A stretch of 64,000 nt of DNA from Desulfocapsa sp. Lineage in GTDB: Bacteria; Desulfobacterota; Desulfobulbia; Desulfobulbales; Desulfocapsaceae. The translations under genes were made by a program, and so were the position numbers. Positions 36,836-45,952 of this stretch are shown here, piece by piece. The first letter of the stretch is position 1. The number at the start of each line of letters is the position of its first letter. The notes under the pieces were generated by a model. The model did no database searches. It was not told where the DNA came from and saw nothing but the letters and a program-made list of their open reading frames with translations. The stretch is taken from assembly GCA_013792135.1 (NCBI GenBank), contig VMSP01000124.1:16480-80479 (forward strand). Reading direction: 5' to 3'.

Positions 36836-37029
36836 CTGGATTTCCACATGTTGAAATAGTTGCATAAAGAGGTTGAGGTAACTGATGAGTCTGTCTCTAT
36901 CCTTGATCCTGAGATGATCAAGGATGCTTTGGATTGGTGGGCGATCTGGCTCAGGCCGGGATAACAATGCTCTGTGTTACCCATGAGGTAACTATTCACC
37001 TTGCGCGCGAGCAAGCTATTATTCGGTGA
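36836..37029 (+). pseudogene. Relic of a polar amino-acid ABC transporter ATPase (GlnQ/HisP-like C-terminal part)
   Basis: Plus-strand frames give ..EVEVTDESVSILDPEMIKDALD and, after a frameshift, VGDLAQAGITMLCVTHEV..LAREQAIIR*. Compare the canonical ..[50 protein letters not shown]. Contains stops and a frameshift. Confidence 0.55.
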
Positions 37030-37232
37030 TCATGAATGGAGGAGATTTTCCCTCAAACAACAACCGTAATTCCTCTGTAGCACTGATTGCATGTTTGCGG
37101 CAAGTAGATAACTAACTGTGAATGCGGCAGAATATTTTGGCACTTTCCATTGACCGAATACAACCAGATATCTTCTGCTGAACCTTAGTCATTCGCAGAT
37201 CGTTTTCAGCCTGATTGTTGGAAAAGGGGACA
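37019..37232 (-). pseudogene. Relic of an IS66-family transposase C-terminus
   Basis: Minus strand: [68 protein letters not shown]. The NNxAExxLR and FCRIxSYLSTxxK motifs are typical of IS66-type transposases (from memory). In-frame TAG. The N-terminal ~85% of the gene is missing. Confidence 0.6.
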
Positions 37233-37244
37233 ATTCTCTCAGAT

Positions 37245-38150
37245 TTACGAAGTTTGTATCCTTGCCGATGCTGGCATGGGGTCCTGATGAATGGTCACAT
37301 CGGCACCTGGGAAGCTCTTCCAAATCAATTGTTCCACGTCTTTGCCTATACTATGAGCCTGGGAGAGTGGGAGGTCGGCGTTTAGATCCAGATGGAGCTG
37401 AATGATGGCGATTTGTCCGGATTGTCGGGTGCGCAGGTCATGCATCCCCAGAACCTGTTGATGGCTATGGACTATTTGCTGAATGAGCTCCCGTTGTTCC
37501 CGTGGTAGTTGGTGATCCATCAATAATTGAACGGCTTCACTGCCGATTTGCCAGGCACTGCGGAAAATGATCAGAGCAATGATCATGGAAAAAATGGGAT
37601 CCATGATCTGGCCCCAACTGAAACGGGTCAGTAATAGGGCAATGATGGTGCAGACATTAGTCAGGAGGTCTGTGGCATAATGCAGTGAGTCGGCCCGAAT
37701 AGCAGTGGAATTTGTCTGCTTTATTACATACCTCTGAAAGGCGATAAGGATGAGTGTGGCCAGAATAGAGAAAACCATGATGCCCAGGCCCAAGCCCAGC
37801 GATTGAATGGGGACAGGAGTTTTCAACCGTTCTATGCCATGCATGAAAAGGATCAGAGCAGAACCGGCGATAAAGCTTGCTTGGGCCAGTCCGGCCAACG
37901 CCTCTGCCTTGCCATGACCGAAACTGTGGTCATCGTCTGCAGGATTTAAGGAATAACGAATCGCCATTAAATTGATGAAAGAGGCCATGACATCCATCAG
38001 TGAGTCGATCAATGAGGCAAGGATGCTGAGGGAACCGGTGGCGAGCCAGGCGCCGAATTTGCTCCCGACCAGGAGCAGCGCGGTGGCGACGGAGGCATAG
38101 GTCGCACGCTTCAGGAGACGTCCTGTTTTATGGGAAGGTGTTTCGTTCAT
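37245..38150 (-). CDS. Cation diffusion facilitator (CDF) divalent-metal efflux transporter, FieF/YiiP-like
   Basis: [43 protein letters not shown]..., [27 protein letters not shown]-terminal cytoplasmic domain. Confidence 0.92.
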   Translation of the reverse strand: MNETPSHKTGRLLKRATYASVATALLLVGSKFGAWLATGSLSILASLIDSLMDVMASFINLMAIRYSLNPADDDHSFGHGKAEALAGLAQASFIAGSALILFMHGIERLKTPVPIQSLGLGLGIMVFSILATLILIAFQRYVIKQTNSTAIRADSLHYATDLLTNVCTIIALLLTRFSWGQIMDPIFSMIIALIIFRSAWQIGSEAVQLLMDHQLPREQRELIQQIVHSHQQVLGMHDLRTRQSGQIAIIQLHLDLNADLPLSQAHSIGKDVEQLIWKSFPGADVTIHQDPMPASARIQTS

Positions 38151-39700
38151 GTGACGATTCGTTCAATAATAGTTTTTGCCGTATCCGGTCCCCAGCTTCC
38201 GGCTGAATAGTTGTGGAGTCTTTGCGAACGGCCCTGACAGGTTTCACATTCATTGAGCAACGGAGTGAGAAGAGACCAGGACAGCTCGATTCCGTCCTGA
38301 CGCCAGAAAAGCATGTGGTCGCCCTGAATACAATCAAGGAGTACTTTCTCGTAGGCTTCTGGGGATGGCTCGGTGTAAAAGTCATCATATTTGAAGTCCA
38401 TGGTCATGGAGCGCATGCACATTTTGGCCCCGGGGTTTTTGGTTTGAAAGGTGAGGCTGATGGATTCTTTGGGGTAGATTCCAAGAACCAGACGGTTGGC
38501 AATGACTTTGGCTCCCAGAATATCCCGGAACAGAGAATGAGGAACATCCTTGAACTGAATTACGATCCGAGTCTCCTTGCGGGCCATCCTTTTGCCGGAA
38601 ACAAGGTAGAAGGGTACTCCCTGCCATCGCCAGTTATCCACGTATACCGGAAGCATGGCAAAGGTCGGAATCAGGGAATCGGATGAAACCCCCGGTTCCT
38701 GGCGGTAGCCGGGGACCTCCTGACCATCTATAACCCCTGGTCCGTATTGTCCCAGAACAATGTCCTCTGTACGATTATGCAGGGGGCGGATTGAGCGGAA
38801 TAGTTTGATTTTTTCATCCCGCACCCTTTCCGCTTCAAAATGGGAGGGTGGCTCCATGGCAATGAGCGACAGGAGCTGGAGCATGTGATTCTGGAACATG
38901 TCGCGGAGGACCCCGGATTGCTCGTAATACCCGGCCCGATGCTCCACTCCCAGTTTTTCCGCGGCTATGATTCCCACAGATTCGATATAACCACGGTTCC
39001 AGATGGGCTCAAAAATAGTGTTGGCAAAACGAAAAGTCAGGATATTTTGTACCGTCTCTTTTGCCAGATAATGGTCTATGCGGAAAATCTGCTTTTCATG
39101 AAAATGTTGATGCAGGGTCTGGTCAAGGGCAAGGGCAGAGTCCAGATCACGTCCAAATGGTTTCTCGATGACGATCCGGGTCCAGCCTTTGCCTTCTTCA
39201 AACTGGCTGGCAAGCCCTGCCTCGCCGATTTTGGTAGCAACTGCTTCGTAGAGGGATGGCGGCAGGGCCAGATCAAAGAGTCGGTTTCCCCTGGTTCCTC
39301 TTTGCTGGTCAAGGGTATTGAGAAGGCTGGCCAACTCCAGAAAGTCCGGAAGTGAATCGTAATTGAGAGGCGAATAATAAATCTTGTCCGCAAATTCGTG
39401 CCAGCGGGCCATGTCCAGTATTGGATCACTTGCGCAGGCGGCTTGCAGAAAGGTCCGGAAAGTATCATGGTTGTAGCCGGTACGGGCACAACCGACGATG
39501 GAGACCGGGGCGGGCAGGCTGGCGTTTAAAAACATCCGGTACAGGGCCGGGATCAGTTTTCTGGCAGTCAGGTCACCTGATGCCCCGAAAATGACAATGG
39601 CACAGGGGGCGAGTTCACCCACGGTCAGGCAATCACAGATATTGTCCAAATCGCAGATCTTCCCTTTGATGACAGTCTGCTCCATTTCTTTGCCTTTCAT
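38147..39700 (-). CDS. zwf: Glucose-6-phosphate 1-dehydrogenase
   Basis: NADP-binding IFGASGDLTARKLIPALY. Active-site motif RIDHYLAKE (canonical RIDHYLGKE). Typical length of 517 aa. Confidence 0.95.
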   Translation of the reverse strand: MKGKEMEQTVIKGKICDLDNICDCLTVGELAPCAIVIFGASGDLTARKLIPALYRMFLNASLPAPVSIVGCARTGYNHDTFRTFLQAACASDPILDMARWHEFADKIYYSPLNYDSLPDFLELASLLNTLDQQRGTRGNRLFDLALPPSLYEAVATKIGEAGLASQFEEGKGWTRIVIEKPFGRDLDSALALDQTLHQHFHEKQIFRIDHYLAKETVQNILTFRFANTIFEPIWNRGYIESVGIIAAEKLGVEHRAGYYEQSGVLRDMFQNHMLQLLSLIAMEPPSHFEAERVRDEKIKLFRSIRPLHNRTEDIVLGQYGPGVIDGQEVPGYRQEPGVSSDSLIPTFAMLPVYVDNWRWQGVPFYLVSGKRMARKETRIVIQFKDVPHSLFRDILGAKVIANRLVLGIYPKESISLTFQTKNPGAKMCMRSMTMDFKYDDFYTEPSPEAYEKVLLDCIQGDHMLFWRQDGIELSWSLLTPLLNECETCQGRSQRLHNYSAGSWGPDTAKTIIERIVT

Positions 39701-39899
39701 TTAAAATTCAAAGTATTCTTGAGATTCACGAATTTTTTTACGGCATGACCGCAAAATTCACGGCGCAGTGCTGCCAGCACTCTGTTTCAAAGACATTTGG
39801 CATTAGATTACCTTGGAAAATAGTCTTTTCACCCAAACTCTGCGTTATGCTTAAAATTTTATCCTCGTAATATTCATTATATGCCTGCGGTAAAATTTT

Positions 39900-40132
39900 G
39901 CGCATGTCTTGATCTTGGACGAAAATCCTTATTTTTCAAGGCACCCATTAGCCAGATAACCTTGGGGGAGAGAAGACTTTTCACCGGAGAAAGCTCTTAT
40001 AGCCCTTTCCTTGACCAGCTCTTCTGTCTTGTCGGAAGTGCGGTTAAAGGCCACAATTTGATGGCCGCCCTAGAGCAGCCTGCGCGCCATGTTCATTCCC
40101 ATCCGCCCTAGACCGATCATCCCTATTTCCAT
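39900..40132 (-). pseudogene. Decayed 6-phosphogluconate dehydrogenase-like gene (gnd/YqeC-type)
   Basis: A good RBS (CAGGAGAAC) precedes the ATG at 40132. Translation reads MEIGMIGLGRMGMNMARRLL*GGHQIVAFNRTSDKTEELVKE, with TAG at 40070-40072. The conserved PKVIWLMGA block then appears in another frame, and similarity is lost after that. Confidence 0.7.
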
Positions 40133-40156
40133 GAGAAAGTTCTCCTGCTTTGTTGA

Positions 40157-40384
40157 TTATTTTTTGCCCTTTTCGCCTTCCGGCCACTCCTGTTTTCTGG
40201 TATCAATCATATAGCAAAACCGGTTCCAGCAAAACTCTTTACCACTGACAGGGCAGTGTAAGGTGATTTTTTTGTCATCAAGGTCTGCCACTATCCAGTC
40301 CCCATGACGTGGTCCCTCGGAAATATGTATTTTTTCACCAATGGCAAAAGGGTAGGGGGTAAAGATCGTAACGGATGTCAGCAT
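40157..40384 (-). CDS. Small hypothetical protein (75 aa)
   Basis: ORF only. Cys-containing (HCPVSGKEFCWNRFC). No family recognised. Confidence 0.45.
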   Translation of the reverse strand: MLTSVTIFTPYPFAIGEKIHISEGPRHGDWIVADLDDKKITLHCPVSGKEFCWNRFCYMIDTRKQEWPEGEKGKK

Positions 40385-40578
40385 AGCATCTCTCCAGGAA
40401 AAAAATCAGATCAAAATAAGATTTAACTTGATTATTGCATACTCGAAAGGGAGAATAAAGTCCAAATGAAAGAGATTGTGACAGCGGGTTGATTGTCGGT
40501 TGATTATTGTCATTATTCTTTGCGATTGCATCAGCGTTGATTGTTAGAAAATATCTTTCAAAGAAGGAGTGTCATTGA

Positions 40579-41376
40579 GTGTATTCCATCATTTTGATTT
40601 ATTCTGCGCTCGGTGCGGTGGCTGGAATTCTGGCCGGAATGCTTGGTATTGGTGGTGGGCTGGTTATTGTCCCCATGTTGGTCTTTGCTTTCGGTTGGCA
40701 GCATTTTCCTGATCCTGTGATCATGCATCTGGCCCTTGGGACATCCATGGCCAGTATTATTTTTACCTCGGTGTCCAGTTTTTGGGCCCATCATAAACGT
40801 GGGGCAGTACAGTGGATTGTGGTTCGCCGCATTGTACCGGGAATTTTGGTGGGGACCTTTCTTGGCTCTTGTTTTGCTGCCAGGCTATCCACGAGTTTTC
40901 TGAAAGGATTTTTTGTGATCTTCCTTTATTACGTCGGTGCTCAGATGTTGGTGAACCGCAAACCAAAACCCTCCCGTCAGATTCCAGGATCGTCCGGGAT
41001 GTTTGGGGTGGGGAGTGTGATTGGTGCTTTTTCCAGTCTGGTTGGTATTGGTGGTGGAACTCTTTCTGTGCCTTTTATGATCTGGTGTAATCTTTCAGTA
41101 CATGCGGCTATTGGAACATCTGCAGCCATCGGCTTCCCCATCGCTATTGCTGGAACTTTTGGGTATATTTATAATGGACTGAATGTTCCGGGGCTCCCAG
41201 AATATTCAGTGGGATTTGTGTACCTTCCAGCTCTGGCTGGTCTGGTTTGTGCCAGTGTCTTGACCGCACCCTTAGGAGTACGTTTAGCTCATAGTCTGCC
41301 GGTTGATCGATTAAAGCGTGTCTTTGCCATTGTATTGTTTATTGTCGCAACCCGGATGGCATATGGCTTTTTATAA
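40579..41376 (+). CDS. TSUP-family (TauE/SafE, YfcA-like) anion exporter
   Basis: Duplicated signature GIGGGLVIVPML / GIGGGTLSVPFM. About 8 TM helices. GTG start as given by the ORF track. Confidence 0.9.
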   Translation: MYSIILIYSALGAVAGILAGMLGIGGGLVIVPMLVFAFGWQHFPDPVIMHLALGTSMASIIFTSVSSFWAHHKRGAVQWIVVRRIVPGILVGTFLGSCFAARLSTSFLKGFFVIFLYYVGAQMLVNRKPKPSRQIPGSSGMFGVGSVIGAFSSLVGIGGGTLSVPFMIWCNLSVHAAIGTSAAIGFPIAIAGTFGYIYNGLNVPGLPEYSVGFVYLPALAGLVCASVLTAPLGVRLAHSLPVDRLKRVFAIVLFIVATRMAYGFL

Positions 41377-41602
41377 ACGAAAAATGCAGTCATAGTGGAA
41401 TCCTTATGACTAATAAGGGAGAGGAATCATTTTTATTTTTTCGATTTTTGGACCTTTCTTTCCCTTGAAACGAGAAGTTCAGGATGGTACTATCCTTTTG
41501 TAACTTTTTAAAAATATTGATTAAGCTTCTTGCAAGCAATAGTTTTTTTATTTCATGATTGCCTTGTGGAAGAACGGTTGAAACTTTGAATGAATAAGCG
41601 AA

Positions 41603-41630
41603 AGCGAAGTGAAAGATTTTTCACTTCGCT
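41603..41630 (+). other. Perfect 12-bp hairpin between the TSUP gene and the REC-cyclase gene
   Basis: agcgaagtgaaa-gatt-tttcacttcgct. No U-tract follows, so terminator function is uncertain. Confidence 0.4.
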
Positions 41631-41728
41631 GACAGTCTCGCATGTTTGCTTGCCAGCCAGTGGCTTTCTTGGCTTAACTGTTTGATATAATTTATTAGAA
41701 TGGAAGTATTTGAGTAAGGGAAAGTTAG

Positions 41729-42787
41729 ATGCAGTCTCGAAAAATCTTAGTGATTGACGATGAGGTTATGGTTGCAGATGTAAGCAGAAGTACTCTTACA
41801 TATGCCGGCCACCAAGTCTTTTGCGCCTATAGTGGAGAACAAGCTGTGGAGATGGCCATGGCTCTGCGTTTTGATCTTGCTATTATTGATGCCATGTTGC
41901 CGGGTATGAATGGTATCGAGACTTTTGAGGTTGTCAGGCAAAGCTGCCCTCATATGAAAGGAATCCTGGTGAGTGGAGACCTGACGATGGACATGACCTT
42001 GGAGGCCATGGATAAAGGGTTCAGCAGGGTACTTGTAAAACCTGTACAAACAGGGTCTTTGCTCCGGGCTGTTCAGGCAGCTGTGGGAGAATCAGAGCTG
42101 CGAGAAGAAAATATCCGTCTGAATGAACGTGTTTTGAAGTTACAAACTCTCTTTGAGCAGTATATGGCTCCGGAGGTGGCTGCTATCCTGCTGAATAAAC
42201 AAGAGTCCATGTCTGAAGTTGTAGGCAAGGTTCAGGAAATTACCGTTCTCTTTGCTGATATTAGAAATTTTACATTTCTAGTTCAATATCTACCATTACA
42301 GGAATCGCGGGATTTTTTGACGGAGTTTTTTGATATTGTGGCAGATGTTGTCTCCTCATGGCAGGGAATTCTTGATAAATTTATTGGTGATGCTGCCTTG
42401 GCTATCTTTGGCGCACCGATGCCTCATGACTCACCTAATCTGTCTGCCGTGTCTGCAGCGCTGGAAATCCAAAAAAAGTTTGAAGTGTTGCGTGCCCGCT
42501 GGGCCCTGAAATCGGAACTTTTTATGCAGATTGGTCTGGGGATCGGGATAAGTCGTGGGAAGATGTTTTTGGGAAACGTGGGATCTGGTCGTCGTCTTGA
42601 CTATACGGTTGTTGGAGCTGATGTTAATATTGCGCAACGCCTTGCCTCGGAGACGGCAGCTGGGCAGATTCTTATTACTGAGTCAGTTTATTGTGATGTG
42701 GTAGGCAAAGTCTCAATTCAGGGGGAAAAGACCAGATTGCTTCGAGGGGTGGAGAAAAAGATCCAACTTTATTCAATTATCCCTTAG
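41729..42787 (+). CDS. Response-regulator receiver fused to a class III adenylate/guanylate cyclase domain
   Basis: REC (KILVIDDE..., DLAIIDAMLPGMNG). Cyclase motifs VLFADIRNFT, KFIGDAALAIFGAP, GIGISRGKMFLGNVGSGRRLDYTVVGADVNIAQRL. Confidence 0.9.
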   Translation: MQSRKILVIDDEVMVADVSRSTLTYAGHQVFCAYSGEQAVEMAMALRFDLAIIDAMLPGMNGIETFEVVRQSCPHMKGILVSGDLTMDMTLEAMDKGFSRVLVKPVQTGSLLRAVQAAVGESELREENIRLNERVLKLQTLFEQYMAPEVAAILLNKQESMSEVVGKVQEITVLFADIRNFTFLVQYLPLQESRDFLTEFFDIVADVVSSWQGILDKFIGDAALAIFGAPMPHDSPNLSAVSAALEIQKKFEVLRARWALKSELFMQIGLGIGISRGKMFLGNVGSGRRLDYTVVGADVNIAQRLASETAAGQILITESVYCDVVGKVSIQGEKTRLLRGVEKKIQLYSIIP

Positions 42788-42830
42788 GAAAATCTTTGTT
42801 TGAAGGTCTGTCCTTCGTCGCCGATATTTG

Positions 42831-43073
42831 TTATGCGTTTTTTTTGTAATCTATTACTGATAGTGTGTCTCCCATCATGACTTGGTCCCCATGGACCAGC
42901 TTTCTGCCCCGTCTTGTTTCCTGAACACCATTCACCCATATTTGACCATTTTGTATCTGAACTTTTGCCTCAAATCCATCTTGAACCAGGTTGGCTAATT
43001 TTAAGAATTGTCCAAGGCGAATAGGTTCTTCAGTGATGGTGATAATGTTTTGTTTTGAGGTCATGATGGACAC
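42831..43073 (-). CDS. S4-domain RNA-binding protein, YbcJ-like
   Basis: IRLGQFLKLANLVQDGFEAKVQIQNGQIWVNGVQETRRGRKLVHGDQV matches the YbcJ/S4 pattern. Confidence 0.8.
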   Translation of the reverse strand: MSIMTSKQNIITITEEPIRLGQFLKLANLVQDGFEAKVQIQNGQIWVNGVQETRRGRKLVHGDQVMMGDTLSVIDYKKNA

Positions 43074-43591
43074 GATGTGTGTTTAGATTTGTGGGTTGTG
43101 ATAGATGGTTGTTTCGTGAGTTCTCCTCTGCTGCCATTCCTGCCGCATTTGAATAAACTCCATTCCATAATGCTAACTGTTAACTACCTTGCCGACAAGA
43201 GTAACTTTATGGTCTGAGAGACAAGTGCTTGTCTGGATATCTTTAATAAAATATTGGGATATCCTTGATAATTATATCTTTGATATTTCCAGGAAACCAC
43301 AAGTATTGATTCGTACTCTATTACTAACTGAAAAATATTGAATTTACCGTACCTTTTAATTTCAGGAAAGTGTAGATGGTGGTAAAAGAGAGTTTCAATG
43401 GAAAAAATGTTATCGTTCAAAAATATGATATAGTGATATTGACTTATCAATGAACAATACATGAGTAATGACGCATTTTTTACTCTTTTTCACTGCTGAG
43501 TGCCTGTCTTCACATATCGCAGTCATAATGAGTATCAGCCGGATGAAAAAAATGGTTTTATTGATGGTGTTTTCAGTGTGAGGTGAGAACA

Positions 43592-45046
43592 ATGGAATTG
43601 AAAGATCCTGCTTTGTTCAGGCAGGAATGTTATATTGATGGCGCCTGGGTCACGGCGCAAGAATCCTTTGAGGTTGTTGATCCAGCCGATGGGCGGATAG
43701 TCGGGAGGGTTCCGTCCCTTGGTCAGGAGGCAACTAGACAGACCATTGCTGCGGCCAGTGCCGCCTATCCTGCATGGAAGGCTCTGACTGCCAAAGAGCG
43801 TTCCGCGATTATGAAACGTTGGTACGCCCTGATTGTTGAACATCAAAACGATCTGGCCATGATCATGACCAGAGAACAAGGGAAGCCGCTGGCAGAGGCC
43901 GCGGGAGAGGTGTTGTACGGCGCATCCTATATCGAGTGGTTTGCGGAAGAGGCTAAACGGGTTTATGGTGATACGATTCCCACGACCCAGAAAGGAAAAC
44001 GTATTATTGTCCTTAAGGAACCGGTGGGGGTCTGCGCCGCCATTACTCCCTGGAATTTCCCCTCAGCCATGATCAGCCGTAAGGCTGCGCCAGCCTTGGC
44101 TGCAGGTTGTCCGGTGATTGTCAAGCCTGCGGCCCAGACGCCTTTTTCTGCCTTGGCCTTGGCCGAGCTTGCTGGCCGGGCTGGTTTTCCCCCTGGCGTA
44201 TTTAATGTGATCACCGGTCCTGCAGCGGAGATTGGAGGCGAGCTGACGCGTAATCCTTTGGTGCGTAAACTGAGTTTTACAGGTTCCACGGCTGTAGGAA
44301 AACTCCTCATGGCTGCCTGTGCCGATACGGTCAAAAAGATTTCCCTGGAGCTTGGTGGACATGCTCCATTTATCGTTTTTGATGATGCGGATCTCGATCA
44401 GGCAGTGGCTGGGGCCTTGGCTTCCAAATATCGGAATTCAGGACAGACTTGTGTCTGCGCTAATCGTTTTCTGGTGCAGGAAGGGGTCTATGAACTTTTT
44501 GCCTCTAAACTGGCAGCCGCAGTCCGTTCTGATTTCCGGGTGGGACCAGGGGTGGAAAGAGGAAATAATCAGGGGCCTCTTATCGACCTGAATGCGGTGA
44601 TCAAGGTTGAGGAGCAGGTTCAGGATGCCCTGAAGAAGGGGGCCAGACTGCTAGCTGGTGGCAAGAGGGTTGGAGGAAAGGGCTTTTTCTTTGAACCAAC
44701 AGTGCTTGTTGATGTGACCAGTGAGATGAAGATAGCTCGGGAAGAGACCTTTGGTCCGGTGGCGCCGCTCTTTGTCTTTAAAGAAGAGGCGGATGCGGTG
44801 AGAATGGCCAATGATTCCGAATATGGGTTGGCCTCTTATTTCTATAGCCGTGATATCGGCAGGGCTTGGCGTGTAACTGAGGCCTTGGAATATGGTATGG
44901 TCGGTGTAAATACCGGAGTCCTTTCCTCTGAAGCCGCTCCCTTTGGCGGGATGAAGGAATCAGGCATAGGCCGTGAAGGATCAAAATATGGTATTGATGA
45001 GTATCTTGAGATCAAATATATGTGCATTGGCGGGATTGATTCATAG
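43592..45046 (+). CDS. gabD: NAD(P)-dependent succinate-semialdehyde dehydrogenase
   Basis: ATG at 43592 is preceded by GAGGTGA; the ORF track starts at a GTG at 43583. Aldehyde dehydrogenase catalytic motifs LELGGHAP and RNSGQTCVCANR. N-terminus LKDPALFRQECYIDGAWV is typical of GabD. Confidence 0.88.
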   Translation: MELKDPALFRQECYIDGAWVTAQESFEVVDPADGRIVGRVPSLGQEATRQTIAAASAAYPAWKALTAKERSAIMKRWYALIVEHQNDLAMIMTREQGKPLAEAAGEVLYGASYIEWFAEEAKRVYGDTIPTTQKGKRIIVLKEPVGVCAAITPWNFPSAMISRKAAPALAAGCPVIVKPAAQTPFSALALAELAGRAGFPPGVFNVITGPAAEIGGELTRNPLVRKLSFTGSTAVGKLLMAACADTVKKISLELGGHAPFIVFDDADLDQAVAGALASKYRNSGQTCVCANRFLVQEGVYELFASKLAAAVRSDFRVGPGVERGNNQGPLIDLNAVIKVEEQVQDALKKGARLLAGGKRVGGKGFFFEPTVLVDVTSEMKIAREETFGPVAPLFVFKEEADAVRMANDSEYGLASYFYSRDIGRAWRVTEALEYGMVGVNTGVLSSEAAPFGGMKESGIGREGSKYGIDEYLEIKYMCIGGIDS

Positions 45047-45179
45047 GTAGCAGTTTCTATCTTGTTTGGTGGTGACCTGGGATCAATAATATTCTCGACA
45101 AACTAAGCTCTTTAAACTAATTGTACTTTATGGTTAGAGTATAAATAATTATTTTATTCTAAAAAAGGGGGATTTTATT

Positions 45180-45650
45180 ATGCAATATATGAAGAAGAAT
45201 GCAGGTTTATTTCTACTTGTAGCTTTTATGCTGGTGTTGAATGGTTGTGCATCCATGGGAAGTCGTAGCGATTCCCCGCCCCCGATGGAGAATCTTCCGC
45301 CATTATCAAATTTTGTAGGGGAGTATCGTGATATTGAGCTTCCCATTGATATGAAATATAACCATAAAAAAAGCATGGTCGTTCGTACGGACTCCTTTAC
45401 CGGCGGGGTATTCTATTTTAGCGGCAAGGTAGAGCGCGATTCATTGAAAAATTTCATTCTTGCTTCCATGCAGAAGAATAAATGGAAACGTGCTGGTGAG
45501 GTCTCGTATGACAGTGTTCTCTTGGCCTTCACTAAACCTAACAAATCCTGCACTGTGGTCCTGGAAGAGGGCTTCGGTGGGTCATTAGGTTCAACGTATG
45601 CGGCTGTTTATGTGGCTGAAGATGTGTCCGCCGGTTCCGGTGGTAATTGA
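45180..45650 (+). CDS. Lipoprotein of unknown function
   Basis: RBS GGGGGA. Signal peptide with lipobox FMLVLNGC. Confidence 0.75.
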   Translation: MQYMKKNAGLFLLVAFMLVLNGCASMGSRSDSPPPMENLPPLSNFVGEYRDIELPIDMKYNHKKSMVVRTDSFTGGVFYFSGKVERDSLKNFILASMQKNKWKRAGEVSYDSVLLAFTKPNKSCTVVLEEGFGGSLGSTYAAVYVAEDVSAGSGGN

Positions 45651-45727
45651 TGTGATGACTGTTGTCCTGTCTTTGCCGGGCAGAGTCTGAATTACCGGCT
45701 AGAGTCAGGTTGTATTGTGAACTGCTA

Positions 45728-45952
45728 TTATGCCCCTTCAGGTGTGATGGCAGTTTTTTTTTTAAATAGCGCCGCAACTTTTTGTCCGCAACGTTTTGAT
45801 CCGCAGGATCCTCCGCCGATACCTGTTTCCTTAGCAATCTGCTCAAAGCTTGTGGCCCCCTGTTCAATAGCCTCAATAATTCGGTACAGTTTGATTCCTC
45901 TACAGATGCACCCGGGTTTCATTCGGGCGAGGATTTCTTCTTCAGTGGCCAT
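45728..45952 (-). CDS. BFD-like [2Fe-2S]-binding domain protein
   Basis: Cys pattern CICRGI...GGGSCGSKRCGQKV is typical of bacterioferritin-associated-ferredoxin-like domains. The start codon abuts the uvrC stop with no gap. Confidence 0.8.
   Translation of the reverse strand: MATEEEILARMKPGCICRGIKLYRIIEAIEQGATSFEQIAKETGIGGGSCGSKRCGQKVAALFKKKTAITPEGA

Noticed and set aside
36814-37014. 66-aa minus-strand ORF
   Set aside because: It lies inside the ABC-ATPase gene relic and is antisense to it. There is no RBS or motif.
39881-40111. 76-aa plus-strand ORF
   Set aside because: It is antisense to the recognisable gnd-like pseudogene. Reading the in-frame TAG at 40070-40072 as pyrrolysine or readthrough was also rejected, because a frameshift and loss of similarity follow.
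43080-43590. AT-rich (~33% GC) 500-bp region with ORFs 43184..43462 and 43410..43592
   Set aside because: The ORF translations are low-complexity, AT-driven sequences without an RBS. The region is most simply the divergent promoter region of the ybcJ-like and gabD genes.
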